Source of the DNA: an uncultured Gammaproteobacteria bacterium
GTDB taxonomy: Bacteria > Patescibacteriota > Patescibacteriia > Magasanikbacterales > UBA922
Reading direction: 5' to 3'
Assembly (NCBI GenBank): GCA_964522435.1
Contig: CAZFUL010000001.1
Span: 188,278-252,277, forward strand
Length of the DNA: 64,000 bases
Position numbers and translations under genes: made by a program. Under the pieces are notes generated by a model. That model saw only the letters and a program-made list of their open reading frames with translations. It ran no database searches and was not told the origin of the DNA. Shown piece by piece: positions 47,375 to 57,150 of this stretch. Every line of letters starts with the position of its first letter. Position 1 is the first letter of the stretch.

Positions 47375-48727
47375 ATGACTATTACATTTTACGGTGCCGC
47401 ACATGAAGTGACCGGTTCTTGTCATGTAGTGCAAACATCTGCGATGCGCATATTGTTTGATTGTGGCATGTTTCAAGGATCGAATTATAATGAAGGGCGC
47501 AATAGTGATCCCTTTCCTTTTGCCGCCAAAAGTATTGATGCGCTGTTAGTATCTCATGCGCATAATGACCACACAGGACGTATTCCGAAATTAGTAAAGG
47601 ATGGTTTTCGAGGAAAGATTTATGCAACCAAAGCGACCGCAGAACTTATGCGTCTTATTTGGGAAGATGATTACAAAATCATGGTCTATAACCATGAAAA
47701 ATTTCAAGCCCCTATTATATACAATGAAGCAGATATTCATGATGCTGCTCATTTAGTTGTTGGCGTTTCTTATGAGGAGATGATTGATTTAGGTCATAAT
47801 CATCGGGCGGTATTTAAAGATGCAGGACATATTTTTGGCGCATCCTTTATTGAATTATCTGCAGATGGAAAAACCATAGGATTTTCTGGAGATATTGGTA
47901 ATACCACTGTGCCTATTTTAAAAGAAACCGCCCGTTTGGGAAGTGTGGATGTGTTACTTTGTGAATCTACCTATGGAGATCGCCTACACGAAAAAACAGA
48001 TAGTAGACAAGAGGTGTTACTCTCTATTATTAAAGAAGGTATAAAACAGGGCGGGACGATTATGATGCCCTCGTTTTCATTAGAGCGAACGCAAGAAATT
48101 TTATATCATTTAAATGAGCTCAAAGAAACAGATAAGACATTGCCAGATGTTCCCATATTTGTCGATAGCCCTTTGGCCATTCACGCTATTCCTATATATA
48201 AAAAATATACGGAATATTATGATGAAGCCGCGGCGCATCAATATATGTTGGGTGATGACTTTTTAGATTTTCCGGGATTAACGCTTACTACCACCCAAGA
48301 AGAATCTAAAGCGATTAACCATGTGCCTGGGCCAAAACTCATTATTGCAGGGTCTGGTATGATGACGGGGGGGCGTATTTTACATCATGCAAAACGCTAT
48401 TTGTCAGATCCCAACTCTACCTTGGTGATTGTTGGCTACCAGGCAGAACATACCTTGGGGAGAAAATTATATGAAGGAGCACACACGGTCGAAATTCATG
48501 GAGAGCATATTCCGGTGCGAGCAAAGATTATTGCGATTGGCGCGTTGTCTGCGCATGCGGATCAACAAAAGTTACTTGACTGGATTGGCCATGCTGACAA
48601 AGTGCCCAAAACCGTGTATTGTGTGCATGGAGAAGCGCATGCTGCAACAGAATTAGCGCATCGCATCCGAGATCGTTTTCATATTTCTGCCTTTGTGCCA
48701 GAGTATGGAGAGTCAGTCGAAGTATAA
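47375..48727 (+). CDS. MBL-fold beta-CASP ribonuclease (RNase J-like)
   Basis: Start at ATG 47375. 'HAHNDHTGRIP' metallo-beta-lactamase motif and a beta-CASP C-terminal region. Confidence 0.6.
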   Translation: MTITFYGAAHEVTGSCHVVQTSAMRILFDCGMFQGSNYNEGRNSDPFPFAAKSIDALLVSHAHNDHTGRIPKLVKDGFRGKIYATKATAELMRLIWEDDYKIMVYNHEKFQAPIIYNEADIHDAAHLVVGVSYEEMIDLGHNHRAVFKDAGHIFGASFIELSADGKTIGFSGDIGNTTVPILKETARLGSVDVLLCESTYGDRLHEKTDSRQEVLLSIIKEGIKQGGTIMMPSFSLERTQEILYHLNELKETDKTLPDVPIFVDSPLAIHAIPIYKKYTEYYDEAAAHQYMLGDDFLDFPGLTLTTTQEESKAINHVPGPKLIIAGSGMMTGGRILHHAKRYLSDPNSTLVIVGYQAEHTLGRKLYEGAHTVEIHGEHIPVRAKIIAIGALSAHADQQKLLDWIGHADKVPKTVYCVHGEAHAATELAHRIRDRFHISAFVPEYGESVEV

Positions 48728-48751
48728 TTTATTTATATATATTCATATTGT

Positions 48752-49387
48752 ATGAATGGCAAACAACCCCCAGCAGTATCAAATGAAACTCCCGTATATG
48801 TGAGGAATCCAAAAAACAAAACAATTGGCCTTGCGCTGCTTATCTTACCGTTTCTATTGTTAATCGTTGTATTATTCCTATTTGGTATCACAAAAGTAGT
48901 ATTTAGTGCTGCAAGCGGAGGACCAGAAAGCGGCGTGGTTATTGTATCATTATTAAATATTATATTTGCCACCCTAGGACTCATTAGTGTTATCGCTATT
49001 CCGTTTGGAATTGTTTTGGGAATTATTTTTTTAGTAAAAAAAGAAATGCCAGCAGGGGTAAATTATGATGTTCGTTCGGGAAAAGGGGATCAATCAGAGA
49101 TACCACCAGAAATTAAACAATGGAATTGGGGTGCATTGGGATTAGGTTGGATTTGGGGAATATATCACCGTGTGTGGATATCACTATTGGTGTTTATCCC
49201 TATTGTTGGCTTTATTTTTATGTTTGTCTTAGCCTATAAGGGAAATGAATGGGCATGGAAAAAAGAGAAATATCTGAGTGTAGAAGACTTTTTAGCGCGA
49301 CAGAAAAAGTGGAAGCCATGGGGGATAGCATTTTTTATCTTGATTCTGTTGTCTCAACTTTCTCGATTCACGATAGATATGATGTAA
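48752..49387 (+). CDS. hypothetical polytopic membrane protein
   Basis: 211 aa, four hydrophobic segments. Confidence 0.45.
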   Translation: MNGKQPPAVSNETPVYVRNPKNKTIGLALLILPFLLLIVVLFLFGITKVVFSAASGGPESGVVIVSLLNIIFATLGLISVIAIPFGIVLGIIFLVKKEMPAGVNYDVRSGKGDQSEIPPEIKQWNWGALGLGWIWGIYHRVWISLLVFIPIVGFIFMFVLAYKGNEWAWKKEKYLSVEDFLARQKKWKPWGIAFFILILLSQLSRFTIDMM

Positions 49388-49397
49388 TGAGCCTCGT

Positions 49398-49432
49398 ATA
49401 CAAAAAACCCCGATTCAATGGGGGGGGTTATG
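49398..49432 (-). terminator. minus-oriented intrinsic terminator
   Basis: On the minus strand, 'cccccccattgaatcggggtttttt'. The hairpin core is identical to the terminator at 16655..16684. Confidence 0.55.
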
Positions 49433-49615
49433 TAGGTACTATTGTTTGTATAAGGTATTTCTATAGACAACGATTGGTTCTCTATACAAGTCACCTCCCT
49501 CCTTTCTCCTTGGGGTGAATGTTGTTGCTCAGCGCTGCGGTTGGAGCGGCTCAGCCGTCAGGGGAACGCACCCGAGTTCCATCAGGTCCGACCGATGCCA
49601 GGGGCAATTTCTTTG

Positions 49616-50080
49616 TCATGGCGAATCAATCTCCCTATTTGAGTTGGGTAAAGAAAGCCTACCCGCATCTGTGCTGGGCAAGGAAAGAGTACCCTGGGGT
49701 GGGGCTGCAGCCTTTTTTTGAGAAGCACGCTTCTGCTGGGCGTTGTACCACAAGAGGAAATTGGTCCAGAGACCGTCCTTGAACACCTGGCGGTACTCCT
49801 GAGAGCAGGGAAGATGGATCAAATCTTTCATCTTCGGTTCGAAGATGAGGATTTGTTCCATCCAGTAGCGGCGTGCGCGGTTGTGCTTGCGGTGCCCGCG
49901 AATGATGAGCACCTCGAGGATGATGCCGACAATCGCGGCAATCATCCAGTTTGTGCTACCATCGCGAAAGGCAGCGTAGATGCTCCAGCCGATAAATGGC
50001 ACGCAGAAGGTTGACCACTCTACCCCTTCGGCGGGCTGCAGTTCTGCTGGCCCATAATACGGCGGTGGACGACCTGGCAT
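49616..50080 (-). CDS. Pro-rich N-terminus small membrane protein in a G+C-rich islet
   Basis: AAGGAGG 7 nt before the ATG. -35 TTGACA (reverse complement of 50145..50150) upstream. 'PPPYYGPAE' N-terminus, then TM 'WMIAAIVGIILEVLII'. The low-complexity C-terminal tail makes the exact 3' end uncertain. Confidence 0.4.
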   Translation of the reverse strand: MPGRPPPYYGPAELQPAEGVEWSTFCVPFIGWSIYAAFRDGSTNWMIAAIVGIILEVLIIRGHRKHNRARRYWMEQILIFEPKMKDLIHLPCSQEYRQVFKDGLWTNFLLWYNAQQKRASQKKAAAPPQGTLSLPSTDAGRLSLPNSNREIDSP

Positions 50081-50143
50081 AGGACACCTCCTTGTTTATC
50101 TCCCATTGTGAGAGCAGCTCTATATGCCCACACATTCCCTGAT

Positions 50144-50172
50144 TTGTCAAGGAGCAAGGGGTCTTGTATACT
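50144..50172 (+). promoter_or_regulatory. uvrB promoter TTGTCA-N17-TATACT. Its -35 overlaps the divergent minus-strand -35
   Basis: TTGTCA at 50144..50149, a 17-nt spacer, TATACT at 50167..50172. Reverse complement of 50145..50150 is TTGACA for the divergent gene. Confidence 0.5.
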
Positions 50173-50195
50173 CCTGGTATTCATATGTATTGTAT

Positions 50196-52271
50196 ATGCC
50201 CTTATTTCAGTTACAATCAGACTATAAACCAGCAGGAGACCAGCCAACGGCTATTGCCAGCTTAGTTTCTGGTATTCAACAAGGATTTCAGGATCAAACC
50301 CTGTTAGGGGTAACTGGTTCTGGAAAAACCTTTACTGTTGCCAATGTGATTCAGCAAGTACAATTACCCACGCTTGTTTTGGCGCATAATAAAACCTTGG
50401 CCGCGCAGCTCTGTAATGAATTTCGTGAATTTTTTCCCAACAATGCGGTGGAATATTTTGTGAGTTATTATGATTATTATCAGCCAGAAGCCTATTTACC
50501 AAGCTCAGACACCTATATAGAAAAAGAAGCGCAAATTAACGAAGAAATTGATCGTTTGCGTCATGCCTGTACTCAGGCGCTCATTACGCGTAAAGACGTT
50601 ATTATTGTTGCTTCTGTTTCTGCTATTTACGGGTTAGGCTCGCCAAAAGAATATGAAAAAATTGTTTTGCATTTAGAAAAAGGGCAAGCAATGGATAGAC
50701 GAGCGATGATGGCGCAATTAATTGCGATGCAATTTTCACGTACCACCAGTGATTTACACCGGGGGACATTTCGTATGCGAGGACAAGTGTTTGAAATTAT
50801 GCCGGTAAATGAAGAACGCATTTATCGTTTTGATATTACTGACAGAATCGAACATATTCAGGCAATTGATCCTGTGACACGACAAATTATTTCTGCAGCA
50901 GAGGATTTACCAGATGTATGGTTTTTTCCGGCAAAACATTATGTTGCCAGCAGTGAGGCAAGAGAACAAGCCTATAGCTTAATTGATCAAGAATTAAAAA
51001 ACCAATTAGCAGCATTTAAAAAAGCTGGTAACGTGGTAGAGTTTGAACGATTGAAACGACGGGTGCGCCATGATATGGAATTGATTAAAGAGTTAGGCTA
51101 TTGTAATGGGATTGAAAATTACTCTCGCCATTTTGAAGGACGCAATGAAGGAGAACCACCGTTTACCTTATTAGATTATTTTTACCATGCCAATGAGCGG
51201 TTTTTAACGGTGATTGATGAATCTCATGTAACCATTCCGCAAATTCGTGGCATGTATTTTGGTGATAAAGCGCGCAAAGATAATTTAGTGGCGCATGGAT
51301 TTCGTTTGCCGAGTGCGCGAGATAATCGGCCACTGATGTTTGATGAATTTGATGCACGCCGAGACTATGTTGTGTATGTATCGGCAACGCCTGCTGCCTA
51401 CGAGTTAGAAAAAAGTCAGCAAATAGCCGAGCAAATTGTTCGTCCTACCGGATTAATTGATCCCAAAGTAACGATTTGTCCGGTGACACAAACAGAGAAC
51501 ACCCTGTCACAAGTAGAAGATGTGATTATTCGTATTCAAGAAAGAATAACAAAAAAAGAGCGAGTGCTGGTAACCACCTTAACAAAAAAAATGGCAGAAG
51601 ATTTAACCGAATTTTTAACAGAAAAAAAGATTGCCGTAAAGTATTTGCATAGTGATATTGATACCATTGAACGGGTACAAATTATTACGGATTTACGAAA
51701 AGGGGAGATTGATGTGATTGTTGGGGTAAACTTGCTGCGGGAAGGGTTAGATATTCCAGAAGTGTCGTTGGTAGCAATTTTGGACGCGGATAAAGAAGGC
51801 TTTTTACGCAGTGACACGAGTTTGATTCAAACCATTGGTCGTGCTGCCCGTAATGTAAATGGAGAAGTGGTATTATATGCCGATACGATCACTGGTTCTA
51901 TTGAGCGTGCGTTAGAAGAAACGGATCGTCGTCGTGAAAAGCAAATAGCCTATAATACGAAGCATGGAATTACGCCACAAACCATTCAAAAAGCCATTCG
52001 TAATATATTAGAAGAATTTGGCATTGATTCAAATAAGGCAAGTGCTAAACGCACAAAAGGAAAAGATAAAAAATATTCAACGCTTGAATTAGATTTACTT
52101 GGCGATGCGCGGCCGATGAAGGAAATTATTAAAGAAAAACAACTCAGCATGAAAGAAGCCGCAAAAAATTTAGAATTTGAATTGGCTGCGATTTTACGCG
52201 ATGAAATTCGGGAGTTAACAGCAAGAGAAAAAGTTGCGGAAAAACCAAAGAAAACAAAAAAAAGCATCTAA
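50196..52271 (+). CDS. uvrB: excinuclease ABC subunit B
   Basis: Start at ATG 50196 (MPLFQLQSDYKPAGDQPTAI). Helicase motifs 'GVTGSGKT' and 'DESH'. C-terminal UvrB/UvrC interaction helix. Confidence 0.9.
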   Translation: MPLFQLQSDYKPAGDQPTAIASLVSGIQQGFQDQTLLGVTGSGKTFTVANVIQQVQLPTLVLAHNKTLAAQLCNEFREFFPNNAVEYFVSYYDYYQPEAYLPSSDTYIEKEAQINEEIDRLRHACTQALITRKDVIIVASVSAIYGLGSPKEYEKIVLHLEKGQAMDRRAMMAQLIAMQFSRTTSDLHRGTFRMRGQVFEIMPVNEERIYRFDITDRIEHIQAIDPVTRQIISAAEDLPDVWFFPAKHYVASSEAREQAYSLIDQELKNQLAAFKKAGNVVEFERLKRRVRHDMELIKELGYCNGIENYSRHFEGRNEGEPPFTLLDYFYHANERFLTVIDESHVTIPQIRGMYFGDKARKDNLVAHGFRLPSARDNRPLMFDEFDARRDYVVYVSATPAAYELEKSQQIAEQIVRPTGLIDPKVTICPVTQTENTLSQVEDVIIRIQERITKKERVLVTTLTKKMAEDLTEFLTEKKIAVKYLHSDIDTIERVQIITDLRKGEIDVIVGVNLLREGLDIPEVSLVAILDADKEGFLRSDTSLIQTIGRAARNVNGEVVLYADTITGSIERALEETDRRREKQIAYNTKHGITPQTIQKAIRNILEEFGIDSNKASAKRTKGKDKKYSTLELDLLGDARPMKEIIKEKQLSMKEAAKNLEFELAAILRDEIRELTAREKVAEKPKKTKKSI

Positions 52272-52320
52272 TGCTTTTATTGGGAAGGCGGTGATATCTA
52301 CAGAGATACCACCACCGTCT

Positions 52321-52401
52321 CAGCATATAAGCACGAAAGCAACTCGCTTCGGGTGCCAACATGCACCCTGCGCTGCGACTGCTTTCTTTGCTTGTATGCT
52401 G
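52321..52401 (+). repeat. structured palindromic repeat R1, copy B
   Basis: Near-identical to 2113..2192. Differences cluster in the loop of the inner hairpin and at single stem positions. Confidence 0.7.
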
Positions 52402-52422
52402 TAGGGGGATAGTAATAGTGTT

Positions 52423-53058
52423 ATGAATATAAAAAAAATACTACTTCTGTTGTCTGGAGCATCTCTTCTTTTGATGGGGGGGATATTTTTTATCTTGCAT
52501 GCATTTTCACAGAACCAGGAATATATTGTTGATACTGTTGAGGATATACAACCTGCACCGGTCGCCCTGGTATTTGGCGCTGGGTTAAAAAGAGATGGCA
52601 CACCAAGCGATGCCTTAAAAGATCGAGTCCTTACGGCGGTAGAATTGTATCAAGCAAAAAAAGTACAAAAACTCTTAATGAGTGGGGACAATAGTATACA
52701 ATCCTACGACGAAGTGACGGCTATGAAAGAATTGGCGATTGAATACGGTGTCCTTGCAGAAGATATCGTGTTAGATTATGCAGGTTTTGATACCTATGAT
52801 AGCTGTTATCGTGCAGAGGCTATCTTTGGGGTCACCAATACGATTGCTGTTTCTCAAGAATTTCATTTGCCAAGAATTTTATTTACTTGCGAACATCGTG
52901 GAATAACAACCCAAGGGCTTATTGCTGATAAACGGATCTATCGTGATACAACACGATTGAAGATACGAGAAAGACTTGCACAAATAAAAGCCTGGATAGA
53001 AGTGGTGATTACGCAGCCAGAGCCAAGATTTTTAGGAGAGAAAGAATACATCTTTTAA
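52423..53058 (+). CDS. SanA/YdcF (DUF218) family protein
   Basis: N-terminal TM; 'ALVFGAGLKRDGTPSDALKDRVLTAVELY...LLMSGD' DUF218 pattern. Confidence 0.6.
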   Translation: MNIKKILLLLSGASLLLMGGIFFILHAFSQNQEYIVDTVEDIQPAPVALVFGAGLKRDGTPSDALKDRVLTAVELYQAKKVQKLLMSGDNSIQSYDEVTAMKELAIEYGVLAEDIVLDYAGFDTYDSCYRAEAIFGVTNTIAVSQEFHLPRILFTCEHRGITTQGLIADKRIYRDTTRLKIRERLAQIKAWIEVVITQPEPRFLGEKEYIF

Positions 53059-53060
53059 AT

Positions 53061-53092
53061 AAAAGACCACCTGGTATCAGGTGGCTTTTTTT
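53061..53092 (+). terminator. intrinsic terminator
   Basis: 'aaaagaccacctggtatcaggtggcttttttt'. Confidence 0.65.
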
Positions 53093-53099
53093 GTCTGTG

Positions 53100-53540
53100 T
53101 TATTTTACCTCAACCATCACATCATTACTATAGATATCGCAGGTTTCTGTTTCTGTGTTAAATGAACAGAGTCGTACATGCATGTTGCCTTTAGGCAGGG
53201 CAATCCAAATATATTCACTGTTGCGGCTATCTACCTGCAGCCAATAATTTTTTCCATTAAATTCTGGGTTTGGTTGGCTGCTGCGAATGAGGCGAAATTT
53301 TTCTGTTTGTGGCATCGTTCCAGTAATTTCCCAAGAAAATCGAACTTCTTTATTTCCCTTTGCTTCTGCTTGTAAGGTGATAGTCGTGTTAGCCAGTTCT
53401 TCTTGCCTCATTTCTGTAGAAGATGATTCTGTTGCGGCAGATTTTTTTTCAAGTGTTTGTGCTGTATTAGGCATGTTGCAGCCAGCACCCATAAAAAGAA
53501 GGGTGGTGCAAAGCACAACACCAGAGGTAAAAGAAGACAT
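53100..53540 (-). CDS. lipoprotein (lipobox MGAGC)
   Basis: 146 aa. Signal peptide with 'LLFMGAGC'. Confidence 0.55.
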   Translation of the reverse strand: MSSFTSGVVLCTTLLFMGAGCNMPNTAQTLEKKSAATESSSTEMRQEELANTTITLQAEAKGNKEVRFSWEITGTMPQTEKFRLIRSSQPNPEFNGKNYWLQVDSRNSEYIWIALPKGNMHVRLCSFNTETETCDIYSNDVMVEVK

Positions 53541-53686
53541 ATGGAGGGATATTAAAAATGAGGATTTATTTTATTGTAGCGAAAGAGCTAAAAGAGCGCA
53601 AGAGAGGGGAGTAAATAAGGTAAGGTCGTATATTGATTTTCTGTCCTCTATTGGGTATACTGCAAAAATCTATTGAATAAGAGTCT

Positions 53687-56269
53687 ATGCAAGAAATTAT
53701 AAAAATTCGTGGAGCACGAGAGCATAATTTGAAAAATATTGATTTGGATTTGCCACGCAATAAAATGATTGTGTTTACTGGCTTATCTGGATCAGGAAAA
53801 TCGTCATTAGCCTTTGATACTATTTTTGCCGAAGGCCAGCGCCGCTATGTGGAAAGTTTGTCCGCCTACGCCAGGCAATTTTTGGGTGGGATGCAAAAAC
53901 CTGATGTCGACGAAATAGAAGGCTTATCGCCAGGTATTTCTATTGATCAAAAAGCGCACAGCGCCAACCCTCGTTCTACGGTAGCAACGATTACTGAAAT
54001 ATATGATTATTTTCGTGTTTTGTTTGCGCGCATTGGAAAACCGCATTGTCCGTTGTGTGGCACAAAAATAGAAAAAATGACCACGGATCAAATGCTTGAT
54101 CATGTATTACAAACAACCAAAGAACAACACAACGGTGAGTTAATGGTACTTGCTCCGGTAGTACGAGGACGAAAAGGGGAGTATTATCAAATGCTCTATG
54201 ATATGTACAATAGCGGTTTTGTGGAAGTGCGTGTAGACGGAGAAATGAAAAGTTTACGAGAAAAAATTGTGTTGTCAAAAAATAATAAACACACGATTGA
54301 TATTGTCATTGATAAAATTCCTCTCGCAACAATCACGACGAGTGATACGCAGCAACGTCTTGCAGAAGCCTTGGAAACGGCGGTAGATTTATCTAATGGC
54401 TTGGCTGCGGTGGTATTACCAAAACAAGAAGAACAACTGTATAGTACACAATATTCTTGTCCTGTAGACGGCTATAGTTTTCCAGAAATTGAACCCCGCT
54501 TGTTTAGTTTTAATAGTCCCTATGGCTATTGTCAGCGCTGTAGTGGTATTGGGACAACAGAATTATTTAATGAAGAGGTCTGTCCTGTTTGCCAAGGCAA
54601 ACGGTTAAACGAGAATGCGCTTAGTGTTAAAATTCATGGGAAAAATATTTGGGAAATTACGAGTAGCACCATAGAAGAAGCAAATGCTTTTTTTATTGAA
54701 ATGAAAAAAAATTTACAGGGGAGTGAAGAAGAGATTGCGGGACCAGCGCTTCGAGAAATTCAAAATCGTTTATCGTTTTTATATAATGTAGGTTTGCATT
54801 ATTTAACGCTTTCTCGGAAAGCCGGAACGCTTTCTGGGGGAGAAGCGCAACGTATTCGTTTGGCTTCCCAAGTTGGACAGCAATTGGTTGGGGCTATGTA
54901 TGTCCTAGATGAACCAACGATTGGGCTACATCAAAAAGATAATGATCAACTGGTAGCAACCTTACGCAATTTATGTGATGTGGGCAACACCATTATTGTC
55001 GTTGAACATGATGAAGATACCATTTTAACCAGTGATTGGTTGGTAGATATTGGTCCTGGTGCAGGAAAACATGGAGGAAATGTGGTGTATTCTGGACCAT
55101 TAAAAGAATTATTAGAAGGCAAAGAACCACCCAAACACGTGTTACAGTGTACTGTGTATGGAAAAGCAAAAGATTCGTTAACGGGTAAGTATTTGCGTGG
55201 AGAAGAAAGGATCGCTGTTCCCAAAGAGCGTCGTGCAGTAGACAGTCATACGCCAAAAATAAAAATAAAAGGGGCGACGCATCATAATTTAAAAAATATT
55301 ACGGTAGAAATTCCATTGCGTCGGTTTGTTGCGCTTACGGGAGTATCTGGGTCTGGAAAATCTACCCTCATGAATAAAATTTTATATCGTGCCGTATCAA
55401 ATAAAATAAATTATTTAGGCAAAGAACCGGATGAACTATCGAAAAAACCTGGTGAACACAAAGCGATTACAGGATTAGAATATATTGATAAAATTATTCG
55501 TATTGATCAAAAACCTATTGGAAGAACACCACGCAGTAACCCGGTGACCTATACCAAAGCCTACGATCATATTCGTGATTTGTTTGCCGAAACACCAGAA
55601 GCCAAATTACGCGGATACGGGAAAGGGCGTTTTAGTTTTAATCGTCCGGGTGGTCGCTGTGAAAACTGTGAAGGAAAGGGTACGTTGGAAATTGAAATGC
55701 ACTTTTTACCGAGTGTAGAAATTATTTGTGAGGTGTGCCGAGGGGCTCGCTTTAGTAATGAAACGTTGCAAGTGCATTATAAAGGCAAAAATATTAATGA
55801 TATATTAAACATGACGGTGGAAGAAGCCGAACAATTTTTTGTTGATCTTCCTTTAATTCATGATAAGTTACAGGTGTTAAACGAAGTAGGCTTAGATTAT
55901 TTAACCCTCGGTCAATCCGCGACCACCTTGTCTGGTGGAGAAGCGCAGCGTATTAAATTATCCAAAGAATTAGCAAAACGTAATACCACCAAAACCTTAT
56001 ATTTATTAGATGAACCAACCACCGGCTTGCATTATGATGATGTAAAAAAATTGATTCAAGTATTACAACAGCTGGTAACGCAAGGCAATACGGTAATGGT
56101 TATTGAACATAATTTAGAAGTGATTAAATGTGCCGATTGGCTCATAGACTTAGGGCCAGAAGGCGGGGATAAAGGGGGAGAGCTGGTTGCGGTTGGTACT
56201 CCAGAAGAAGTGGCACGCAAATCGACAACGAGTTATACAGGAAAATATTTGAAAAAATATTTGAAATAA
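53687..56269 (+). CDS. uvrA: excinuclease ABC subunit A (860 aa, shorter than typical)
   Basis: Two ABC ATPase modules (Walker A 'GLSGSGKSS' and 'GVSGSGKST', signature 'LSGGEAQR' twice) and zinc modules CxxC. TTGATT-N17-TATACT promoter at 53633..53661. Confidence 0.9.
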   Translation: MQEIIKIRGAREHNLKNIDLDLPRNKMIVFTGLSGSGKSSLAFDTIFAEGQRRYVESLSAYARQFLGGMQKPDVDEIEGLSPGISIDQKAHSANPRSTVATITEIYDYFRVLFARIGKPHCPLCGTKIEKMTTDQMLDHVLQTTKEQHNGELMVLAPVVRGRKGEYYQMLYDMYNSGFVEVRVDGEMKSLREKIVLSKNNKHTIDIVIDKIPLATITTSDTQQRLAEALETAVDLSNGLAAVVLPKQEEQLYSTQYSCPVDGYSFPEIEPRLFSFNSPYGYCQRCSGIGTTELFNEEVCPVCQGKRLNENALSVKIHGKNIWEITSSTIEEANAFFIEMKKNLQGSEEEIAGPALREIQNRLSFLYNVGLHYLTLSRKAGTLSGGEAQRIRLASQVGQQLVGAMYVLDEPTIGLHQKDNDQLVATLRNLCDVGNTIIVVEHDEDTILTSDWLVDIGPGAGKHGGNVVYSGPLKELLEGKEPPKHVLQCTVYGKAKDSLTGKYLRGEERIAVPKERRAVDSHTPKIKIKGATHHNLKNITVEIPLRRFVALTGVSGSGKSTLMNKILYRAVSNKINYLGKEPDELSKKPGEHKAITGLEYIDKIIRIDQKPIGRTPRSNPVTYTKAYDHIRDLFAETPEAKLRGYGKGRFSFNRPGGRCENCEGKGTLEIEMHFLPSVEIICEVCRGARFSNETLQVHYKGKNINDILNMTVEEAEQFFVDLPLIHDKLQVLNEVGLDYLTLGQSATTLSGGEAQRIKLSKELAKRNTTKTLYLLDEPTTGLHYDDVKKLIQVLQQLVTQGNTVMVIEHNLEVIKCADWLIDLGPEGGDKGGELVAVGTPEEVARKSTTSYTGKYLKKYLK

Positions 56270-56300
56270 AAAAACATCGTTGTTCGATGTGATTCCTTTC

Positions 56301-56346
56301 TTCACTGCACAGTGTTGCCCCGCGCTTCTGTGCAGTGATTTTTTTT
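56301..56346 (+). terminator. strong intrinsic terminator after uvrA
   Basis: 11-bp stem 'tcactgcacag...ctgtgcagtga' followed by T9. Confidence 0.7.
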
Positions 56347-56383
56347 CTCCAAAAAGTTGTTTTCTGTCCGTCCTTGTTTTTTC

Positions 56384-56767
56384 CTAGTCTTCTTCCTTTT
56401 CGTCATCCTTCAGCTGATTCAAACGGCGTTCGAGCCAAAGATGCGTGGAAAAAAGGACTGCGATTGCCACAGTGATTGTGGTAGTGACTGTCTTGGTGGA
56501 AACCCCGAGAATGTCTAAGAGCAGCCACCCACAGATCATACCAAGCATGATCGTGACTAGAAGGAGCATGAGCGGGAGCTGCATGCTTTTAAAGCTCTTT
56601 TGATCCATCACCCGGAAGACTACGCCAGCCACGACTATGGCCAAGATGGCCACCATGATTGCGTTTAGGTGAGCCCCCTTGTAGATGTGGATGGAAACCA
56701 TGACGCCTACCATCACGAACAACAGGGTCATCACCAGGGCGATTTGTACCAGTGTCTTTTCTTTCAT
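56384..56767 (-). CDS. small 4-TM membrane protein (127 aa), G+C-rich, translationally coupled to the upstream ORF
   Basis: ATG 56767 overlaps the upstream stop (ATGA). MKEKTLVQIALVMTLLFVMV..., acidic C-terminus 'DDEKEED'. Confidence 0.45.
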   Translation of the reverse strand: MKEKTLVQIALVMTLLFVMVGVMVSIHIYKGAHLNAIMVAILAIVVAGVVFRVMDQKSFKSMQLPLMLLLVTIMLGMICGWLLLDILGVSTKTVTTTITVAIAVLFSTHLWLERRLNQLKDDEKEED

Positions 56768-57150
56768 CGCGGATTGTTCCCTTTTTTGATTGTCAGTTTT
56801 CTGACGTGTGGATAGATCAGGTAGCAGACGAGAGCTGCAGCTGCAGCCTTCCATCCGATGTCATGCCACGGAATGCGTATCTGGATGAGGATCATGAGGT
56901 GTAACAGTGATCCTGTTAACGCCATGAGGACGATGAGGCAGAGGGCTGCCATCAGGTAGTAGTAGTGCCCGAACCGTTTGCGCGTGAGCCTTGGATTCTT
57001 TTGTGACAGAATCATGAAGGGCATCAGCAGCAAAAATAGTATTGCATAGCGCAGAAATGCTCCTGCGCTTCCGGGCGTATGGTCGTTGACCATGGCTTGG
57101 CTGGAAATTCCGATCGAAAGTCCACAGATTATCAAAAAGAATATAGGCAT
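56764..57150 (-). CDS. small 4-TM membrane protein (128 aa), G+C-rich
   Basis: Start at ATG 57150 with GAGGAG upstream. TTGACA-N17-TATACG promoter (minus strand, 57198..57226) partly inside the terminator hairpin of the sugar-transferase gene. Confidence 0.45.
   Translation of the reverse strand: MPIFFLIICGLSIGISSQAMVNDHTPGSAGAFLRYAILFLLLMPFMILSQKNPRLTRKRFGHYYYLMAALCLIVLMALTGSLLHLMILIQIRIPWHDIGWKAAAAALVCYLIYPHVRKLTIKKGNNPR

Noticed and set aside
53541-53686. LexA/SOS box upstream of uvrA or uvrB
   Set aside because: Neither a 'CTGT-N8-ACAG' nor a 'CGAAC-N4-GTTCG' motif is present near the promoters.
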